Assembly (NCBI GenBank): GCA_044238165.1
Contig: JBIIDU010000001.1
Span: forward strand, 1-54,070
Source of the DNA: Ferruginibacter sp.
Lineage (GTDB): Bacteria; Bacteroidota; Bacteroidia; Chitinophagales; Chitinophagaceae
DNA: 54,070 nucleotides
Direction: 5' to 3'
The notes below the pieces were generated by a model. It saw nothing but the letters and a program-made list of their open reading frames with translations. It ran no database searches and was not told the DNA's origin. A program made the translations under genes and the position numbers. Shown here piece by piece: positions 49,407 to 54,070 of the stretch; position 1 is the stretch's first letter, and each line of letters starts with the position of its first letter.

Positions 49407-49605
49407 ATTATTACGATGTTGTAATCGCGCGGATATTTTACTGAAGTCCGGGTGCATCACCTATGGCCAGCGGATGTTTGCGCTTGCATTCTTGCCTGAA
49501 AACATACAGTGAAGATTGCGTATTCCCGGAGAAGTGAACGGTTTGCCGGAATTGCCAGCAGCCCTGAAAAATAAACGAAGGAAATTCTAGAGCGAAGTTC
49601 TTACC

Positions 49606-49651
49606 GTTTATTAGTTCTGATTGGAAGGCTGAACAATAAACAAATCTGCCT
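49606..49651 (-). ncRNA. Putative SAM-V/SAM-II-class riboswitch aptamer (H-type pseudoknot)
   Basis: AGGC-AGAUUU-GUUUAUUGUUC-A-GCCU-UCCAAUCA-GAAC(U)AAUAAAC: P1 AGGC/GCCU, conserved AUUU loop, P2 with bulged U; first element after the metH promoter. Confidence 0.7.
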
Positions 49652-49660
49652 GTAGGATTA

Positions 49661-49691
49661 CAAAGCTACAGCATCCCCTCCGCATCGCAAA
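49661..49691 (-). promoter_or_regulatory. Promoter of the metH operon
   Basis: Canonical TTTG-N19-TAGCTTTG on the minus strand, immediately after the tsf terminator. Confidence 0.8.
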
Positions 49692-49703
49692 AGATAAACG
49701 CAT

Positions 49704-49727
49704 AAAAAAGCCCGGAAGAACCGGGCT
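49704..49727 (-). terminator. Rho-independent terminator after tsf
   Basis: AGCCCGG-ttctt-CCGGGCT followed by TTTTT. Confidence 0.88.
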
Positions 49728-49754
49728 GATGTATCTTTTTACCGATCGCAAAAC

Positions 49755-50576
49755 TTATCCCAAAGCTACGCGGCGGAATTCTGTAACCTTTAGTTGGGCG
49801 TCTACTCCTTTCAGGTAATCACCCACGCTCTTGCTGTTGTCTTTTACAAAAGGCTGCGCCATGAGCGTATTCTCCTTGAAGAACTTATTCACTTTTCCGA
49901 CGGCAATTTTCTCAGCCATTTCTGCGGGTTTACCTTCCGCTTTGATCTGCTCGATGGCGATTTCCTTCTCACGGGCGATCATTTCGGGGCTGATGGACGA
50001 TTCATCGACAGCAAGCGGATTCATGGCTGCAATCTGCATGGCCACATCCCTTCCGGCATCAGCAGCAGCCTGTGAAAATCCCACGAGTACTCCGATACGA
50101 TTGGCACCATGGATATAACTGGCCACAAAAGGCGCATCCACTCGTTCAAATTTTACGGCAATCTTCTCGCCGATAGCGGCAAGTTTATCGTTGACCATAT
50201 CGGCCACCGTGGCGCCGTTGATTTTTACCTGGTTCAGTTCATCGGCACTGTGCACATTGGCTGCAACGGCCGCGTTGATGATGCTTTCTGCAAAGGCTAC
50301 GAAGTCGGCATTTTTGCTCACAAAGTCGGTTTCGCAACTTACACATACAATCATTCCGGCTTTGCCGTCGTCAGTGGTTTTGGCCAGCACAACCCCCTCT
50401 TTGGCTTCGCGGTCGCTGCGTTTGGCGGCCACTTTCTGTCCTTGTTTGCGCAGCCAGTCGATGGCTGCTTCAAAATCGCCGTTGCTTTCGGTGAGGGCCT
50501 TACGGCAATCGAGCATGCCTGCTCCTGTTGTCTGACGCAGCTTGTTGATATCGGCTGCGGATATTGTAACGCTCAT
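49755..50576 (-). CDS. tsf: Elongation factor Ts
   Basis: KLRQTTGAGMLDCRKAL, CETDFV, AMQIAAMNP, LMAQPFVKD. Confidence 0.97.
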   Translation of the reverse strand: MSVTISAADINKLRQTTGAGMLDCRKALTESNGDFEAAIDWLRKQGQKVAAKRSDREAKEGVVLAKTTDDGKAGMIVCVSCETDFVSKNADFVAFAESIINAAVAANVHSADELNQVKINGATVADMVNDKLAAIGEKIAVKFERVDAPFVASYIHGANRIGVLVGFSQAAADAGRDVAMQIAAMNPLAVDESSISPEMIAREKEIAIEQIKAEGKPAEMAEKIAVGKVNKFFKENTLMAQPFVKDNSKSVGDYLKGVDAQLKVTEFRRVALG

Positions 50577-50663
50577 TAGATAGTTTTTTTGTTGAAGAAT
50601 TCCCGCCGGTACATAAATGGCGACGGGGTTGTCTTAACGGATGTCAGAGTCGGCCCTCCGTCA

Positions 50664-51557
50664 TCATCTGCCGCCGCTTCCTGCAGGACGTCTGCCTCCG
50701 GATCCTGCTGCAGGAACTCTGCGCCGTGCGGGAGCAGCCCCACCGGCACTGCGTGTCCTTTTGCCACGGTCATCGCCGCTGTCGATCTTGTTTTCGAACC
50801 GGGCGGCCTTGGCTTCCGGAGTTTCTTCCGAATCGTCGCGCGATTCATCGTCGTCTTTTTCCGCCTGACGCTCGGCAAGCCCTTCGGCAATGGCTGCGGC
50901 GATATAATTGACTACAATGGCGATGGATTTTGTGGCATCATCGTTTGCGGGAATGGGAAAATCCACTTTGTTGGGATCGCAGTTGGTGTCGACCATACCG
51001 AATGTGGTGATGTTCAACCTTTTCGCTTCGGCCAGTGCGATATGCTCATGGCCGATATCGACCATAAAAAGCGCAGCGGGAACCCGGCTGATCTGGGCGA
51101 TACCACCCAGTACTTTCTCCATCTTATCCTTGTCGCGGGTCAATGTGAGCCGCTCTTTCTTGGTGAAATTGTCGATGCTGCCATCGCTGAGCATCTTTTC
51201 AATGCTCTGCATTTTTTTAACACTCTTGCGCACCGTATTGAAGTTGGTCAGCATGCCGCCCAGCCAGCGTTCGGTCACATAAGGCATGTTCACCCGTTTG
51301 GCGCAGTCGGATACGATTTCCTTGGCCTGCTTCTTGGTGGCCACAAACATGATTTTCTTGCCGCTCTTGGCAATTGATTTCAACGCGGCGGCAGTTTCCT
51401 GCAAACCTTCCACTGTCCGGTTCAGATCAATGATATGGATGCCCTTTTTCTCGGCAAAAATATAAGGAAGCATCTTGGGGTTCCATTTCTTCTTCAGGTG
51501 ACCGAAGTGAACGCCCGCATCCAGCAGTTGCTGTTGTAAGGAGGTGTTGTTTTCCAT
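50664..51557 (-). CDS. rpsB: 30S ribosomal protein S2
   Basis: LLDAGVHFGH..WNPKM, RWLGGMLTN, DTNCDP, PANDD. Confidence 0.98.
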   Translation of the reverse strand: MENNTSLQQQLLDAGVHFGHLKKKWNPKMLPYIFAEKKGIHIIDLNRTVEGLQETAAALKSIAKSGKKIMFVATKKQAKEIVSDCAKRVNMPYVTERWLGGMLTNFNTVRKSVKKMQSIEKMLSDGSIDNFTKKERLTLTRDKDKMEKVLGGIAQISRVPAALFMVDIGHEHIALAEAKRLNITTFGMVDTNCDPNKVDFPIPANDDATKSIAIVVNYIAAAIAEGLAERQAEKDDDESRDDSEETPEAKAARFENKIDSGDDRGKRTRSAGGAAPARRRVPAAGSGGRRPAGSGGR

Positions 51558-51659
51558 TCTTGTTGGTCGGCCGGCTTCCAGTTGGTAGGTGGAAGCGGCC
51601 CTTTATTTTAGATGGTTAAAAAAAATGGTACTGGTTGATTCAGCGCAGTGAAGCTTGCA

Positions 51660-52049
51660 TTAACGCTTGCTGAACTGGTAGCTTCTTCTCGCCTTCTTGC
51701 GACCGGGCTTCTTGCGTTCCACAGAACGGGGGTCCCTTCTGAGCAAACCCGCGGCTTTGAGAACAGGACGGTAATCGGCATTGACTTCCAGCAGCGCACG
51801 GGCAATGCCCAGTTTGGCGGCTTCGGCCTGGCCTTTCACTCCGCCCCCCTGGGCATTGATGACAATGTCGAACTTATCGGCAAGCGCCACCGTTTTCAAC
51901 GGCGCTTCAACTTGGTTTTGCAGGTACACCAGCGGGAAATAGGTCTTGTAATCTTTTCCGTTTACCGTGATTTTACCATCCCCCTTGCTTAAAAAAATCC
52001 GGGTTACAGCTTCCTTACGGCGGCCAACTGCGTTTTTTTGTTTTTCCAT
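51660..52049 (-). CDS. rpsI: 30S ribosomal protein S9
   Basis: GRRKEA, GGGVKGQA, RDPRSVERKKPG, QFSKR. Confidence 0.98.
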   Translation of the reverse strand: MEKQKNAVGRRKEAVTRIFLSKGDGKITVNGKDYKTYFPLVYLQNQVEAPLKTVALADKFDIVINAQGGGVKGQAEAAKLGIARALLEVNADYRPVLKAAGLLRRDPRSVERKKPGRKKARRSYQFSKR

Positions 52050-52105
52050 TATCTGAGATTAAATGTTGTTTTTGATTGATTGGGATTCCGTACAGATGGG
52101 TAGAA

Positions 52106-52549
52106 TCAGGGGTTCAGGGCTTGCGGCTTCTGGGCGGCATGCGGGTGTTCGGCACCCACATAAACGAACAGTTTCTTGTACATTTTACGTCCCAGCCTGT
52201 TTTTGGGCAACATGCCCTTGATGGCCCTTTCCACCAGCACTTCGGGACGGCGGCGCATCAGATCCTTTGCGGCTTCTTCCTTACGGCCACCGGGGTAACC
52301 GCTGAAGGTGTCGTAAATCTTGTCCTCCATCTTGTTGCCGGTGAGTTTGATTTTTTCGCAATTGATCAGAATCACGAAATCACCACAATCGACATGGGGT
52401 GTGTAGTAGGCCTTGTTCTTGCCCCGCAGAACGGCGGCGATTTTGGAACACATCCGGCCCAAGGTTTGATTAGTACCGTCCACAACGTACCAGTTGTGCC
52501 GCACGGTAGCCTCGTTGGCATGTTTGGTGGTGAAATGAAGTTTGCTCAT
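52106..52549 (-). CDS. rplM: 50S ribosomal protein L13
   Basis: WYVVD..LGR, YTPHVDCGD, GMLPKNRLGR, HPHAAQKP. Confidence 0.98.
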   Translation of the reverse strand: MSKLHFTTKHANEATVRHNWYVVDGTNQTLGRMCSKIAAVLRGKNKAYYTPHVDCGDFVILINCEKIKLTGNKMEDKIYDTFSGYPGGRKEEAAKDLMRRRPEVLVERAIKGMLPKNRLGRKMYKKLFVYVGAEHPHAAQKPQALNP

Positions 52550-52644
52550 GTTTTTGTTTTTTGCCCGATGGAATCCGGAAATTTCCTGATCCGCCAGTGT
52601 TAGTAATATCCTCCGCTATCCCGGAAGCTTATTTTTTGGGAGGG

Positions 52645-52652
52645 CAAAGGTA
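52645..52652 (-). promoter_or_regulatory. Putative -7 element of the rplM-rpsI-rpsB-tsf operon
   Basis: TACCTTTG on the minus strand ~95 nt before rplM. Confidence 0.55.
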
Positions 52653-52818
52653 GGCGGGCCAGACAAAAAAAGGGCTTTTTTTATTGAATTTTTTTACAGA
52701 GCCTTTGTAAATCATTGATTTTCAGTAAAATTTTTGTCGATAAAATATTATGGGACGGAAAATCAGGGTGATTGCAGGCATCCGCGACAGTTATGGATAA
52801 AATGAGAGCGATGAAAAA

Positions 52819-53166
52819 TTACCCTTTGCGGGACAGGGCATAACCCTGCAGCCTGAGCCAGTTCAGTACTTTCTCGGAATGATCGCCCTGAATAAGGATA
52901 TCCTCATCCACCACCGAACCTCCTGCGCCGCACAGGGCCTTGAGTTTTTTTCCCAAGGCTTCACGGTCAGCCGGTGTACCGGAGAAACCGATGACCAAGG
53001 TGACGACCTTTCCTGCCCGTTGTTTTTTGTCGGTGATTACCCGAAGCGGCTGTTGCGCGACAGCAAGTGTTTCAACAGCATCGTCTGATTCGCTTTTTTT
53101 CAAATAGTCCGGATTGGTGGAATAGACCAGGCCACCGGAAGGCGTAGATTTTTTTTTGCCGGGCAT
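52819..53166 (-). CDS. yciH: Translation initiation factor SUI1/YciH family
   Basis: GLVYSTNPD, RAGKVVT, KLKALCGAGGSV, IQGDH; ATG at 53166. Confidence 0.9.
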   Translation of the reverse strand: MPGKKKSTPSGGLVYSTNPDYLKKSESDDAVETLAVAQQPLRVITDKKQRAGKVVTLVIGFSGTPADREALGKKLKALCGAGGSVVDEDILIQGDHSEKVLNWLRLQGYALSRKG

Positions 53167-53292
53167 GATTTGGGTTTTTAAAAAATGGTTGTGTTTACGA
53201 GCGATACAGTGTTGGCGAATTATCAAAACTTGCATCTTTTGCAAGTTTTGATAATTCAAAAGCCTTCACGCAGATGAATTTCCGGGGTTTCC

Positions 53293-54069
53293 TCAGGGCT
53301 GCAACACCGCTTTCAGGCTGAGGTCGAGGCTTACAGCCTGGTGGATAACGGCGCCGCTCGAAACAAAATCCACGCCGGCTGCCGCATAATCGGCAATGTT
53401 GTCGAGCATGATGCCGCCGCTGGCCTCGGTCTGCATCCGGCCGCCGATCAGGTGAACCGCATCGGATACCAGTTCGGGAGTGAAATTGTCGAGCATGACA
53501 ATGTCGGCTTTTCCCGAGCGCAAGACCCGCTCCACATCACCGAGACTTCTTGTTTCGACTTCTATCTTCAGACCATACCCATTCCTATGCACATAATCGT
53601 AAGCCCGATCAAGGGCCTTTTCGATGCCACCACAGTAGTCGATATGGTTGTCCTTGAGCATGATCATATCGAACAGGCCGAAACGATGATTCGATCCTCC
53701 GCCGATACGGACCGCCGCTTTCTCCAGCAACCGGAAGTTCGGCGTGGTTTTACGGGTATCGAGCAAACGGGTGGAAAAACCCCGAAGCCGGTCAACGTAA
53801 CGGTGGGTCAGCGTGGCTATTCCGCTCATGCGCTGCATGCAGTTCAGTGCCAGCCGCTCGGCCTGCAGGATCGTACGCACCGAAGCCTCCACTTCAAAAG
53901 CGATATCACCCGGTTTCATAAAATCGCCATCGCGCATATGCGCATGAAAAACAACTGTGGGTTCCAGGTATCGGAACACCTGCTCCGCAACTTCCACGCC
54001 GGCCAATATGCCCGTATCCTTAACCTTGAGCCGGGCCTTACCCCGGGCATTTTCATCGATACAGCATAA
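53293..54069 (-). CDS. nadC: Nicotinate-nucleotide pyrophosphorylase (quinolinate phosphoribosyltransferase), 5' end outside the window
   Basis: AERLALN..QRMSGIAT, DTRKTTP, NHRFGL, LKDNH, EVE, MLDN, EASGG; frame open to the window edge. Confidence 0.96.
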   Translation of the reverse strand, partial: LCCIDENARGKARLKVKDTGILAGVEVAEQVFRYLEPTVVFHAHMRDGDFMKPGDIAFEVEASVRTILQAERLALNCMQRMSGIATLTHRYVDRLRGFSTRLLDTRKTTPNFRLLEKAAVRIGGGSNHRFGLFDMIMLKDNHIDYCGGIEKALDRAYDYVHRNGYGLKIEVETRSLGDVERVLRSGKADIVMLDNFTPELVSDAVHLIGGRMQTEASGGIMLDNIADYAAAGVDFVSSGAVIHQAVSLDLSLKAVLQP

Positions 54070-54070
54070 G

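Noticed and set aside
49461-49505. 14-codon uORF (MFSGKNASANIRWP) in the metH leader
   Set aside because: Not Met-rich and no supporting feature; likely chance

Overview
Bacteroidota (probably Chitinophagaceae-like) chromosomal window. The assignment rests on TAnnTTTG-type promoters, a split metH, ribosomal protein THX and an OmpA with TSP3-like repeats. About 37 kb (138-37297, all minus strand) is one Wzx/Wzy-dependent capsule/EPS locus of 34 genes: wza, wzc with a 14-Tyr (GY)n tail, an FdtA/FdtB-type 3-amino sugar module, wzx, a Wzy/EpsG-like polymerase, six glycosyltransferases and a PglF/PglE/PglC-like initiation set. It also has an unusually dense set of tailoring enzymes: 3 ATP-grasp, 2 paralogous GNAT/FemAB-like, 2 paralogous deacetylase-like, CapA-like, AsnB, MBOAT plus partner, 2 LbH acyltransferases and a methyltransferase. 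Directly upstream and co-oriented lie an exosortase with an overlapping membrane-protein gene, and an OmpA-family gene. The rest is housekeeping (pyrH, pdxH, THX, HU, xth, split metH, tsf, rpsB, rpsI, rplM, yciH, partial nadC). It is interrupted by a Y1 transposase flanked by seven short REP-like palindromes (RAYT-like). A SAM-V/SAM-II-like pseudoknot with a competing hairpin sits at the start of the metH leader. All calls come from reading motifs by eye; no database searches were run.
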